A DNA stretch of 64,000 nucleotides, taken from assembly GCA_000182565.2 (NCBI GenBank), contig KQ257455.1. One strand, 5' to 3'. This DNA comes from Spizellomyces punctatus DAOM BR117. Lineage: Eukaryota. The notes under the pieces were generated by a model. That model searched no databases. It was given only the letters and a program-made list of their open reading frames with translations, and had not been told where the DNA came from. Position 1 is the stretch's first letter. Every line of letters begins with the position of its first letter. Both the position numbers and the translations under genes were made by a program. Below, in pieces: positions 13,489 to 26,982 of this stretch.

Positions 13489-15371
13489 TTAATGAGTGCC
13501 CACAGTGCTATAAACCACTACGACCGTCTGGCTCATCAAATGACAGACGTGCGCTCCTATTGGACATCTCTCAGATTCCTTTACATCAATTATTGCAGTG
13601 AAAACTGCATTAAAACCAAGATCTCGGTGAGTTTTCCTGGTACGCACATGATTATTGAAACCAGCACTTCTTACCTGGATCGCACCCGCTCTCATCTCCA
13701 AGGGAAGTTGATTTCCGTCGTCAGGTCTTCCTTGTTGTGCCTCTCTTGCATTTTGCTGGTGTTGCTGATAAGCCAGCATGGCATTACCGGCATCTTGAGC
13801 TCCTGCTTGTTGGTAAGCGAGCACAGCGTGATGCGCCGCTTCGGCAACGTTGGCGCTCTGTTGTGCCAATGTGTGTCGATCATCGTGATTGATGCCCATA
13901 TCTTGTGGAGTAGGGTGCCGATGCATGTGCTTTTCTTCATCACCTTCCCTAACCTCCATGATGCGCAGCTGAGGATGCCCGTCGGGCTGATCGCGTCCTC
14001 CATCCTCCATTTGAATACGCTGGCCAAGGACCATCCCTCCCATACCATTATTCATGACATTGCCTACCATGCCCTCACGCATGTTCTGGCCGTTGGGCAT
14101 CATATTGCCCATCGGAAGAAGAACCCATTGACCATTAACATTACCAGCAACCCCAGAAGGTGTTGGTGTTCCTGGAGCAGGCATTCCGCCATTCCGGCCG
14201 ACTGCATCGCCGTCGTGTTCTTGTACTCCTCCATCGACATCGCCGATCATGCGGATGCTTGGTAGCGGTATTCCCCCAAAAACAGCACCGAGGCCTGGTA
14301 CGACAGGCCCACATCGACGAGCAGTAACGTGGCGCTGTAACGCATCCTTGCGAGTGAAAGTCTTGCTGCAGTATGGGCAAACGTGTGTCTTTTCTTTTGT
14401 GTGCACTGTGACCAGCGGAAATGAGACATGAGCAATCGCAAATGTAGACGCTAGAACTGGGAGATTTCATTCCCGCCCGCACTCACCGTTCATGTGCCTG
14501 TCTCGATCAACTTTACGTCCAAATGCTTTATCACATAGCTCACAACTGAAGGGCTTGTCGCGATTCGGGTCATGTGTCTTCATGTGAGTTTGGAGGTTGA
14601 AGTGGCGAGTAAACTGTCTCGTACATCCAGGAAAGGTGCAACTGTACACTTTGGTAGGCCGTCGTTTGCGTTTTATGGAACTCATTCCATTGTCCTCTCG
14701 CTCTGGAGCTGGGCCTGGCTGTATTGGAGCTGGCTGCGCAGCAACTGCTGCTGCCACTAACAGTGGGAAAGCTCCAACACCTGTGGACGTAGGCTGCGGT
14801 ACGGCAAAGAGAGGACCTGGAAGATTACCAGGAGGATAGAAAAATTGAAAGCGGGGATGTGCCTGATTTGCTGAAGTAGGCGATGTAGCTGAAAGGGGAA
14901 CAGCATGGGCCGTTGACTGGGCTTGGGTATACTGTGATGGAGTTTGTTGTCTTTCTTCGTCGTCGTGTCGTTTTGGTGTTGGAGGTAGAGCATCGGGTTG
15001 AGGTTGTGTTACTCCTGCGGCGAATGCAGCTTGCGCCGACTGAGAGGCACTTGCAGCGAGCTAAAGTCATTACACGTGAGATAGAGTGTAAGCAGGTGAA
15101 AAGAGAATGGTGGAAGGAAGCGACACAAGCGTCTTCGGTTCAGTCACTTTACCTCGCGAACGCGCTCTAAGACTCCAGCTTCATCGCCAACCACACCTCC
15201 TTTCTCGTTAAGTACACTCATAATCTTTGATATCTTCCTTCGAAGCTGCACGACCTCATCGTCCGGTCGGTTTGGATCTCCTTGAACACTGTTCAAGGTT
15301 TGGAGGACTTCTTCAGCGGATATCTGATGGGGCGTTTCGGGCGCTTCTTCAGCGTTCACAGGCGCTGACAT
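13489..15371 (-). CDS. C2H2 zinc-finger transcription factor (three fingers)
   Basis: YSCTFPGCTRQFTRHFNLQTHMKTH, FSCELCDKAFGRKVDRDRHMN|VH, HVCPYCSKTFTRKDALQRH; upstream exons join in frame; 3' end uncertain. Confidence 0.85.
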
Positions 15372-15891
15372 GCTGTGGTATGCACTAATGCGAGCACTGT
15401 GCTTAGCGAATATGCGCTAAAAACTTCAACAGCGCGCTGGTTCCTGAAGTAGTGAGGGGTAAAAAGGCCCCCGATTTCGATATTAGAAAGTACCCAAATC
15501 CCTTTCGAGCAGCACTGTATTCAACAATACGCGCCAATGTCTCGCAACTCGACATCAATGTGTCGTAAACGACCTGCACAAAGATTGCAGCAGGCGGGGA
15601 AGAACGAGCAAACGAAGGGGAAACGAGTTGGGTTTCCAGCCGACCTGTGCCACCGAATTTCCGTGATCACGTGGAAGCTGTGCCAGTGGCTCATTTTCGC
15701 ATCGATTGATTGCAAAGTGATTGGGCCATTTGTCAATTCGCATTGCCACCTGCGCGTTCTTCCTGGACTTTTGGGCTTGCAAACTGGACGTTTGCAGAAG
15801 GTAAAAATTCAGATTCTAGAAGGATATCTTGTTCGAAAATCGAGCAGTAACAAGTGACCAAATACCATAGCAAGAACCGGGTTGCTTTCTT

Positions 15892-17096
15892 TTATAGCGC
15901 TGACAATCGCAGCTGTACTTTTAAAGATAGCGCAATGCCTTTAAGCCATCTATATACCTTCACCCGTCCTCGAACCCTTCTAGGCGATATTGAGCTATCT
16001 ATTCCAAATTGATACCACATGCTATTCTCCCAAACGCTGCTAAATAGTCGTAATGCTACTGTATTGGCTATGTAACGAGATGTCTGTTTACTTTGAAATT
16101 GTGATTCAAGTGTGTACGATTGTGAGATATCGACGTTACTTGAAATAGCAGGTACAACAATTCGTGGAACACCCTGAGCAGCGAGATGTCCGCTCATCCA
16201 AATATCGTCGACCAATGTGGCCTCTGAAGATGCACCCGTTAAGTTAAGAATTGGCACTGTTAAGCGCCCATCAGTCACAGTCACTAGTGTTAGCTATCAC
16301 TGCATCTAAACGTACCGTCCCCTGCACTCGTGGCGAAGAATCTTGGTTGAATCAGATACCCTTCATTAGCTGTCACAATACCGACTCTGTACGGTTCAGC
16401 TAGAGTCCACCCTTGAATAATATGACGTCGTTGTTCTTGAGCTCCTTGAACGCCCCATTGCAAGTCTTGACGTATTCTCCATCCACGTAGCCCGATTGCT
16501 GCATGCCCCAATTGGTGATGTGCGCGCATTAAATCTTGTAGAAATGTGGGTGCGTAGTAGTGGTCATCATCGCAAACAACGATTGGCTGATGTAGATACG
16601 TTGCTGAGACCGGGACGTCTGGTTCTGACGAGTGGGCAAAATCATGGGTGGTAGTAAATATTCGAGAAGGGCTCCCTCCTCTGGAAAGGAACTCCTGAAT
16701 TACGTACAGGAATTTGGTAGCAGGTCCCAAATCTGCGACGGGAATGACATGAACGCTGGGATGACTGAGGACATTGAGAATTTTGGCTTCCCTTGCACAA
16801 AAGGGGGTGGTCGGCCGCTTAGAGACATTACAGCTGTTGGACAGTAGTGCCGTGGCTTCAGGAATATATAAGCGGATCTCAGCTGGTGGCAGGGTCTGCT
16901 GCAACAATGACTCCACAGTGATCGGTAGCTCCAAAGTCAACCGTGTAGAAGTACTCGTCAGGGACACTACTGGTTGCTGATAGGAAACGTCTGCTTCGGT
17001 TCTCCAATCCAACAGATCCAACGGCAACAGAAGAACCAATACGATGGCCAGAGTAGAGAATACCCCGAGACCTACACGACCTTGGCAAATCATCAT
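15892..17096 (-). CDS. Putative GT-A fold glycosyltransferase with an N-terminal membrane anchor, 2 exons
   Basis: Hydrophobic N-terminus, then VVSLTST..R, VESLLQQT, DLGPATK, VCDDDHYY (DxD) and VDDIWMSGHL; the two ORFs are joined by the intron GTACGT..GCTAAC..ACAG (16257-16315). Confidence 0.75.
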
Positions 17097-17431
17097 AGCA
17101 TTTTACGTTGATTTGGAGAAAGTGCTTCCATTCTGCAGTGCGCTTTGTTCTCTATTGACGTCATCTCGTGATTGCGAAATAATTTCCGAGTTCATACCTG
17201 GAAGGACATCTCGACGATTATAAACAAAGAACCTTATGCGTCCGATAGAGACGAATTAAATAAACTGTCGGATCGAGATGATTGTAGTATATTATTTCTC
17301 TTGGTAAATTTTACATACAAGTCTGGACGACTAGGCTGTTCAAGCAGTAACGCAGCAGTAGGTGGCCACCCAAAGGCGAAGACAGCTGAACTTGGCTTAC
17401 GGAAGCCTTAGGTATCACGGGAACACACGTT

Positions 17432-17446
17432 GTTGCTATGAGCAAC
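17432..17446. promoter_or_regulatory. Palindromic RFX X-box-like motif GTTGCT-ATG-AGCAAC in a divergent promoter
   Basis: Perfect 8-bp arms TTGTTGCT/AGCAACAA about 120 bp upstream of the AQR ATG; fits the X-box consensus. Confidence 0.3.
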
Positions 17447-17567
17447 AAGAGTTCAGCGGGGTGGCCAATTCCAGTCGATTGCTGCTAGAGATCACCATTG
17501 GACGCTTGCTGGCCACACGATTCGCCTACCTACCTACGGTAGCGACACGGAGGCTATATATCAGAGA

Positions 17568-20500
17568 ATGTCACGGCCAGCACAAGAGTCCGTGGACTTG
17601 GGTTACTTTGCCCCTCCTGAGCCGGAGCCTGAAGCTCAAGAGGAGATCGCTGTTCCAGCTCAACCGGAAGTGCCCACACCAACACAAGAGGTAGCAGTCC
17701 CCGATGTCAAGCCCCCACCTCCTCCACCGATAGCTTCACTATCAGATCGCCGGCAAGGCGAGCAATACGCACCAACGCTGCAGGAAATCGAGTCAGATGC
17801 CATTACACAGTTGGCACATACACATTGGAGTGAAAGAGGAGCTTTGGAGTTTGACCCGACGCTCGTAGAGACCATATGGAAAGAGCAGCTGGAAGGAAGT
17901 GGATTCTCACTTCGCAAAGTGATGTTGTTGGAATTTAGTCAGTACCTTGAAAAGGTTAAGCTCGAGATTAAATGGCGTCCTAGATCTTCTCCCCGCCATC
18001 ACTAATCCGCTACTTGTTTCTTATCACAGTATCTGTGGCCTTCGTTCGTACCAAAGGGATCCAAGGGGAAGCCGCGATCGTCATTAGCCCATGTATTATC
18101 AATTGTTGTTATGGTGAACGAGAAGTTTCGGGAACGCGTAAGCGGCGTCTGGGATATATTCTCAGAAGATGCATCCAAATTCTCCGGACTAGTATCGCGT
18201 GTGTTGAGACTCCTAGTGGAGCCTCTACAGCTGGCGGGTGGGGAAGGCGTGGAACTAGGACTGCAGACCCGGCGTTTTCTGCTGATATTCCTGATTCATC
18301 TCTTCCAATCTCTGGAGAATGCCCAAGTGCGAAGCGAGTGTATGCGTCTGGTCAGTATTTCTTCATGGAGCTGTATAGTTGAGAAGCGTCGCGAGGAGGA
18401 GTTGCGACAATACCCGGAACGTCTTGCATTATGGGAGCGATCAGAGGCTAAATACAGTTCTACAAGTGAGTACACGTCATTTTCTTGCGAGTTTTGCCTG
18501 CATTAGTCCTAAATCAATGGCATTGTCGTTCACACCAGCAAAAGCGTCGGCCAAAGAGAAAATGGAGTTTGATCGCACGTTTATGTCGAAACTCATCAAA
18601 AACTTCCTTGTCGTACTATCCTCCATACCGGAATCTGGTCCACCACCCGCTCATGGTGTTGCCTACTGTGAGAGATTCATTGAATTCCTGATCGATCTTG
18701 AGGCACAGCTCCCTACACGTCGCCACTTTAATCTCCTCCTGCACGATCATCTCGTGGTCCCGATTTGCGATCGAAGTAAGCTAGCTCAACGCGGTAGAAA
18801 GTTCCTGCGCACGAACCGTGATCTGTCCATTGTGCTGCCGTCGGATTGGGGATCGCGAGGGTCAGAGAGCGGGGCACTCTTCGTGCAATTGCTTGACCGA
18901 GTGAAGTACTACGCTCGATTTGAGATTAATGACTTCACCGGTGCTGCCCTAACCGCTGCGGACATAACGCATGATTATTACGACAAGATTCGTCGATTGC
19001 AGAAGGTGGCCTTTGTTCACTTCCGTGAGACGCTAGAGGACTTTGCTTTGGCTAACGTCGGGAGTGTGGAAAGCCGAGAGAGCCTGCGCAGTTATTTCGG
19101 GAAAGTTGATGAAGAGACACTCCGCTCTTTCTGCTCGGAAATTGGGATTCGAACACGCAGAGTGGAACTTGAATCTGACGATGCACCATTCTATGACAAG
19201 GCATTTCTCATCGAGATTCTCATTGCCATGTACGCGAAGAGGCCCAGTCAGATTGAGTTGATAAATTCTCTGCCTTTGTATCCTGACGAGGCAAGTTGTC
19301 TTAAACCCATCATGATGCTCTACGCTGCATAGCACGTGGAAATAACCTGCTGTTTATGGTACACTTTCAGGAATTTTTGTTTGATGAAACGACGGTTCCT
19401 GCGACCCAGCAATTCCCAAACACGCATTGTCTAGCAATTCCCAAACTTAACCTACAATTTTTGACCATCCACGACTATTTACTTCGTAACTTTACCCTGT
19501 TCCGCTTGGAAAGTACCTACGAAATCAGACAAGATATTGAAGATGTTGTTCAACGTATTGCACCTCAACATAACATAGATCGGCGAACTGGAGAAGATCA
19601 GACAGTCTTTACCGGATGGGCGCGAATGGGTGCTCCGATCGACATGGTACGTTGGCGTACTCTATCGTAACCTACTATATATTTCCCTTTCTTTACTTAT
19701 TGTCATGTTCTCAAGTTCCAAGTAGTCGAAGTCGGCCCCCCAAAGCTTGGTGACACCAAACCCAGCGCGGTGAAGGCGGATGTCACCGTAAATATTTTCA
19801 AATACACTGACTCGATTCGAAAAGAGTGGGAATCCTTACGGCCGCGTGATGTATTGTTCCTTCTGACGGTCCAGATGGAGCCGGATGGTCCTGGATGGAT
19901 GGAAACCGATGCAAAGAAAAGCGGAGTCATCGAAAGCGAAGGTAGCGCTTTCCGCCGCAAGTTTGGTCTAAAGTACGTTCGGGGTTGTGAGGTCGCAGAT
20001 TTGATTGGAGATGATGGTCTACCTATTGAGGATTTTGAAAGCGCGAAACTACCTCCACCCGGCACCAATGAGAAACCTCTTGTTACCGGGTATAAGCGAA
20101 CATTCCGTGTCCTGTTGGACACCAATCAATATCAACAGGATATGGACCGGATACAGCGCAAGGAAGGAGAAGATGTCTATCCAACCTTTAATGTTCTCAT
20201 GCGACGGAAGCCGCAGGAAAACAACTTCAAAGCGGTACTTGACACCATTCGGGATCTCATGCAAAGCGATCTGGTTGTTCCGGCATGGTTACATAACGTG
20301 TTTTTGGGTTATGGCGATCGCAACAGTGCGCACTTTACCAAGGTGCCGGAGCCCATTCGGACTCTGGACTTTAGAGATACGTTCCTCGACTGGGACCATT
20401 TAATCCAGAGCTTCCCAGATAAGGTATAAAAATGTGCTACTGTTTCTGTGCGCGTCATGCAATGCCTAAATCCTGTGCCGTTTTCGCTTCTCTCAGCGCA

Positions 20501-22800
20501 TCATTCCCGCGGGGAAGAGGACGGATGGATCGGACGCGAGTCTTGCACCGCCTTATGTCATTACTTTCCCTAAATCAATGTTCTCGGCTTCGGTTTCGGA
20601 AAAAGAGGAGGCAAACGCCAAGTCGTCAATCTCTTCCGGCGTGAAGCGTAAATTAGGTGGTAACATGGCAGACGGTGACAACGGTGCGGAAGTGGATCAG
20701 GATGCAGACACGCTACTTGTGCAGACGTATAAGCCGTTAAATATGGGACCGTATCCAGAGGATGTTCCAAAGAAGAATACCGTGCGGTTTACACCCACTC
20801 AAGGTACGTACAAAATGTGATTCTTGGCGGGTGGTGCTAAGGGTACATATTAACATTTACATTGCTAATGTTCAGTGGAAGCAATCCATGCGGGAAGTTC
20901 GCCGGGGCTCACCATGATCGTGGGTCCTCCTGGGACTGGTAAAACGGATGTGGCCGTTCAGATCATTGCGAACTTATACCACAACTTCCCGGAGCAGCAT
21001 ACCCTTATAATAACACATAGCAACACCGCGCTAAACCAACTCTTTGAAAAGATTGCCGCGCTGGATATTGATCCACGACACATTCTTCGTTTGGGTCATG
21101 GACAAGAAGAGCTGGAACTAGCAGACGCGGGGAGCTGGGGCAAATACGGACGTGTGACAGCCTTTCTGGAAAAGCGCGTCCAGTTGTTGGGCGATGTGGA
21201 CCGACTTGCACAAAGCTTGGAGATCCCTGGTGCACATGGATACACATGCGAAACAGCTGGGTACTTTTACCTGTACCACATACTGAGCCGATGGGAGCCA
21301 TACATCCACAAAGTGAAGGCGATAGCCGCACGGGGTCAAGGAACGCGCCAGGATGTAGCTGTGGACTTTCCCTTCGAGGTCTATTTCGCGGATGCACCCC
21401 AGCCCCTGTTCCCGGAGGAGGCGTCTTTTGACGAGGCTCTGGAAATTGCTGAAGGATGCTGGCGTCATATCCGCCACGTATTCGATGAACTGGAGGAAAT
21501 CCGAGCATTTGAATTGCTACGTTCAGGATACGACAGATCCAACTACCTCCTTGTGAAAGAAGCGAAAATTATAGCCATGACATGCACCCACGCTGCATTA
21601 AAACGCCGTGAGTTTGTCCAGCTAGGTTTCAAGTACGATAATGTCGTCATGGAAGAGGCAGCACAGATACTCGAAGTGGAGACGTTCATTCCATTGTTAC
21701 TGCAAAATTCGGACCCAGATACCGGTGCAAGCCGATTGAAGCGTGTCGTCATGATTGGGGACCATAACCAGCTCCCCCCTGTGGTGAAGAATACGGCATT
21801 CCAACGATATGGCAACATGGAACAAAGCTTGTTCACTCGGTTTGTACGTCTTGGAGTGCCTACCATTCAACTGGACGCACAAGGACGATCACGAAGTTCT
21901 ATTGCTCAGCTATTCAAATGGAAATACCCACGATTGGACGATCTCCCAGCGGTGGTGGAGCGGCCCGAGTTCCAATTGGCTAATCCGGGTTTCGCCTTTG
22001 ACTATCAAGTCGTCAATGTACCCAGCTTTTTAGGCAAGGGTGAGACTGAGCCCAGACCGCACTTTTTGCAAAACCTGGGCGAGGCAGAGTATGTGGTTGC
22101 GGTGTACCAGTATATGAGATTACTTGGATACCCAGCGGAGCGCATCACCATCCTAACGACCTACAATGGCCAAAAAGAGCTAATACGGGATGTTCTCGAG
22201 AAGAGATGTTCATGGAATCCTCTTTATGGCAACCCCCACAAAGTATCCACCGTAGACAAATACCAAGGCCAACAAAACGATTATATCCTTCTTTCCCTGG
22301 TCCGCACGAAAACGGTCGGACATTTACGGGACGTTCGTCGGTTAATTGTCGCCATGTCGCGTGCCCGACTTGGGTTATACGTTTTCTGCCGTGTCCCCCT
22401 CTTTCGAGAATGTTATGAACTCCAACCCGTTTTTCAAAAGCTTTTGGAAAGGCCTTTTGAAAGTCTTTGGATACGACGTGGGGAGCTGTATGCGCACGCT
22501 GGATTCCCGCGTGCTGTTGAAGCATATGGTGTGGTTCAAAAAGCGGAGGGAAAATGGGGAGTGGAGAATAGGAATAAAAAGGACAAGATTATTGCTATTA
22601 CGGGAGTGCAGCATATGGGGGAATTTGTGGAGGATATGATGAAGGAGCAGATTGAGCGGTTGAAGAAGCAGAGAAAGGCAGAGTTGCGGCGGACGTTGTT
22701 GGAGATGGGTAAAGCGGGGGAGGTGGATAGTGAGGGGGAGGGGAAGGGGGGGGAGGTGAAGGATGGGGATGCGATGGAGGGCGTCGAGGGTGGGCAATAG
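17568..22800 (+). CDS. AQR: Intron-binding spliceosomal RNA helicase Aquarius (Cwf11)
   Basis: [105 protein letters not shown]. Confidence 0.96.
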
Positions 22801-23170
22801 AGTGTGTGTGCGTGTGTGTTTATTTTTTTTTTTTTTTTGAGTGTGTGTGTATAGTGCGAAAATGGTGTGGTATTCTCATTTGAGAAAAATGGAGGGTCCA
22901 CTTTTTTTTTTCTTGTACTTGTGATGATTCGAGCTTTCTTTCTTTATTTCGCGCACTGTTTTGGAATGACAGACGATACTACAAAAAAGCGCGAGAAAGC
23001 GTTCCAGTACATTCAAGAGGAGACGTACTGATGCAACAAAAAAGAAACCAGGAACCATTTTCTAAAGTATCGCACAAGTACACCACATCATTCATCCAAC
23101 AACGTATGCACACACAAAAGAAAAAAGCACAAGAAAAAAAACACACCAATTCAAACTGCATTATCCCACT

Positions 23171-26100
23171 TTATCGTCCACCCACATCCACATCCCTCCA
23201 CGTGCCACTCCCTTCCAAAAACCCTCCCTCAATACCAGGCGGCACAACCACATCCCTGCCCTCTTCCTCCTTCTTGGCCCTGACATACGCCAAAACATTT
23301 CGAAAATGTTTTAAGACCGTTTCCGAGATTTTGGTGGTTGTTTCGTCGAATAGGGAGCCGGTACTGCCGGCGGGTGAGAGTGGGCCGGGGGCGTAGGATG
23401 CGTAACCGGGGCGTTGGGGTTCGGTTTCGAGGGAGGAGAGGTTGGTTTGGATGAGGTCGATAAGGGAGTTTAGGTATTTGACAGTAATCTAAAAAAAAAA
23501 TACCAAAAAAAAAAAAAAAGATTGACGAGTAAGAAACAAAACACCGTTTCCCATTTGAAAAGGTAGTGAAAAGGGGAAAATTACAAACGTACCGCATCAT
23601 TCCTCTTTTCAAAATACCACACATATCTCTCCAAAATTTCCACAAAAAGCTCCACATTGACATTCTTATCCATGACCGAGTCTGCTATTTTGAGTGCTTT
23701 TTGGAGACATTCAAGGACACGCCGACCGTCCCGGTACACAGGTTTTCCTTCCTCACGTACACGGGTATCATCCCCCCAGAATAAATGACTAACAAGCGTC
23801 ACACCACGGCATTGGTCAACCCGTTTGAGAAGGCGTGAGCAGTGGACAGCGGCTTTGGTGATGAGGGTTTCATAGTTTTCGTAGCCAAAGACGGTGGTGC
23901 TGTATAGTGTACCAATGATGAGTGTGATGGCAGCGAATTGGGCTTTGGATTCTGATATGGATTCTTCGTAGGCTGTGAATGCCTATAATGCCAAAAAAAG
24001 GATCAATCAAACTTTGTGCATCCATATTTGTAACGACAATATACATACCTGCACAAAGAATTCATATGACAGCTCTTCAAACCCTCCTTCATCTGCCGCT
24101 TGGGCCGCCATCAAAAACAATCGCAAGGACATATCGGGTGGAGCCATCAATCCATGTCCAATCTTGGATGTATTTGACGGTGCAGGGTTATCATCTTTGA
24201 ACAAGGACCCTTCGTCATCATCGGCAAAGTACTCTCGAGCTCGACTCATGGAAGAAATGGTTTGGTGGATGAATTTGAACAAGGTGGCAAGTTTATCGCT
24301 GGTAGAGTCGTCCTTTGAAAGGGGGTTTACTATGCTATAGGGAACAAAACAAGCCAAAAAAGCAGTATACCTCTTCTGAATGCGCCCGGAACTTTCTCGC
24401 GAGTCGTATGGAGGCCATCACCAATGGAGGAAGGGTAAACCGGATACGAATATCCCCACCCTCTCCAAAATGTTTCCGAGCAGCCGATAAAAGCTTATTC
24501 ACCAATTGATAAGCAAACACATTGTTTCCTGTGAAATAACAACATAGCTCACCATAAACTCCTTATCAGCATCCGCATCCCTACTTTTGACCAAATGCAC
24601 CATCTTTGCAACCATATTCTGCTCTTCAACCACATCCTCCCAATCCAAAGGCAACTCCTCCACCCGTGTCCGTCCCGCATATTTAGGCCCCTCCTCCGTA
24701 TCATGATGAACAATCGGTTTAGGTCCAAATAACCCACCATCCTTTTGTTCGCGGATCATGATACTGCACAGCTCGCCAAAGAGGGCATTAACCCCATCAG
24801 CAGAGTCGACAATAAAGTCTGATGTCGTGTAGGCTCGAAGGGAGGTGGTCGCTACAGTGTGGGCTACTTGGCGGCGGGTAGAGTAAGGTTGGAGGAAGAG
24901 GAGGTCCGAGTAGTTCCCGCCCAGTGAGAGTGAGGCCCCTGCACCATCGGTTTGCGTGACGCTAGAAGGGAACTGTAGGATCGTGAGGACGTTGACATGG
25001 TAGGTGTGGATAGGTCCGAGTAACAGTTGGAGGAGGGAAGAAGTTGTTTGGGTGCTTTGAAGCTCTGGCCTAAAGGGATAATATACCAGATTTTCGGAAT
25101 TAGTAAAAACAGTTTTTGCAAAAGTATCCTGCCGTAATACGTACGATTTAGCATTCTGAGCCTCCAAAACCCTCTCTTTTGCAAACCCAAGAACTTTATC
25201 CACATAATCCAACCGCTCAGGGTAACAATTCAATGACAAATTGTTCAGGGAAACCAGTAAGGCAACCACATCCTGAATCGTAAACTCCGGTCGAGCCTTG
25301 ACCAACTCGGTAATTTGACCCCAAAACACATCAAAGAGCTGAACGTCATCGGGTATGCCGCTCACGGGTTTTTCATTTTCAAGCGTCAAATCTTCCTTGC
25401 TTTTCACATCGACTTCATCTCTAGCTCGCGCAGCGTAACTCGCAAAGCGGTCAATAAGGCTAATCACAATTTGCTTTACATTGACGTTCCGCTGTAGTTG
25501 GGCTGTAGCGGATAAGAAGGCGTCCAAGGATCGAAGGTGAAAGTCATCGTGAAAGACTTGGATAATGACTTCCATGAGATATTCTTGGGCAATGACGTCT
25601 TTACAGCTTACAATCTCTTCCAAAATACTCGGGAGAACCAAGGATTTGTACATTTCGAGATCCAAAGCTTCCAACTGACTCAATCTCACCAAGCTGGATC
25701 CAACCAACAGTCGCAGCTCTTTACGCTCCACCTCCCTCTTTTCCCGTTCACGAGAATGACCCTGATGTTGTAGTCTCACCCAAAGTTTATTCATCTCTAT
25801 AAAGTTTTGCAGAATAAATTGAATCGAGTCGTGGATTGTACCGTGAGGTCCATCCACCAGTCCATCGGGGAGGTAATCTCTCGTCATGCCGCTAAGGTAA
25901 TACCGTAAAAACAATCCACGCGTAGGATGCTGGACACCTCTAGACATTTCAAGCATATCCTTCATAAGTTCCTTGATGGGGGGTACGTCGTCTTGATCGG
26001 GTTGTTTAAGTCCCTCTTCTGCTCCATTAACTTTTTTACCCTTGTCCTCTCCCTCCGATTGCGGCATAATCTCCTTTGAGACACGCATATAGACGGATCC

Positions 26101-26582
26101 GACAGTAATCATCAGGTAGAGCCGAGGCACAATGTTTCCAGCGTACTGAACCAGTTCGTAGAGATCTGAGAGGTGGTGTCGGTGGCTCATGTGGGCATCG
26201 TACAAGTAAGTTGTTAAATGCCGCAATTCGTCAAAGATGGCCATATCTGGAAATTTATAGTATAAGAGCAATGCCAACCCTTCAGAAAAGCGTGAGGAGG
26301 ACAAGATGAACATACAAAGCTCGTAGTAATTCTTTGGCGTCAATGAAGATGTTCGTAGTTCAGAAAGCATGGTAGAACAATGCTTTAGTGCATCCATAAG
26401 TTTGTTTGCATCCTGTCAAAACCGGTAAGCCAAAACCCAAAAAACAAAAGAAAACCATTACAAGAAAACCTTACCAAATTTCTCTTCATATGAAACGCCT
26501 GGACTTTAACAACCCCCAAAGCCTCCTCCAATATCTTTCCCTGGTCTTCCATCCCTGGCGATCCCGGTGCACTGGCGACCAT
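23171..26582 (-). CDS. VPS35: Retromer subunit Vps35
   Basis: MDALKHCSTMLSELRTSSLTPKNYYEL, DLYELVQYAGNIVPRLYLMITVG, GVQHPTRGLFLRYYL, NFIEMNKLWVRLQHQG, RVLECLQKALKIAD. Confidence 0.96.
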
Positions 26583-26982
26583 CGTGATGGCGGTTAGGTT
26601 TCAGAGAACGTTGGCGCGAGACGGAGAACAAGAATGCTCAAGTCTTCGGATGGGCACTAGAACAATAAAAAGCGTGCGTCCCGGGCTTATATCAAGTAGA
26701 CAAGATGGGATGGTCACAATGGATGTAAGATGATGGGGGCTATGCAAATCTACAATGATAGAGTGTCCACCGTTGGTCCAATCATGCGTCACGTGCTGAC
26801 GGCAGCCAATACAGTAAAAATGCAAGATATTTAAAATTCCCCATAGAATTGTTTTTTAAAATCGTCCACCAGGAACAAATGTGTATAAAAAAAACCAAAA
26901 TGCAAAATGCTTCTAAATATGCCCTAGGGTCATGCTCTCTCCCTCATGACGTTTTACCCCACTGTCCAAAACCTTTTTTTTT

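Noticed and set aside
13360-14265. 301-aa plus-strand ORF (and similar long antisense ORFs at 47279-48247 and 34167-34967)
   Set aside because: Antisense or alternate-frame shadows of real genes, with no motifs of their own
16257-16315. Apparent stop or frameshift splitting the glycosyltransferase into two ORFs (pseudogene?)
   Set aside because: Explained by a canonical GT-AG intron with a branch site
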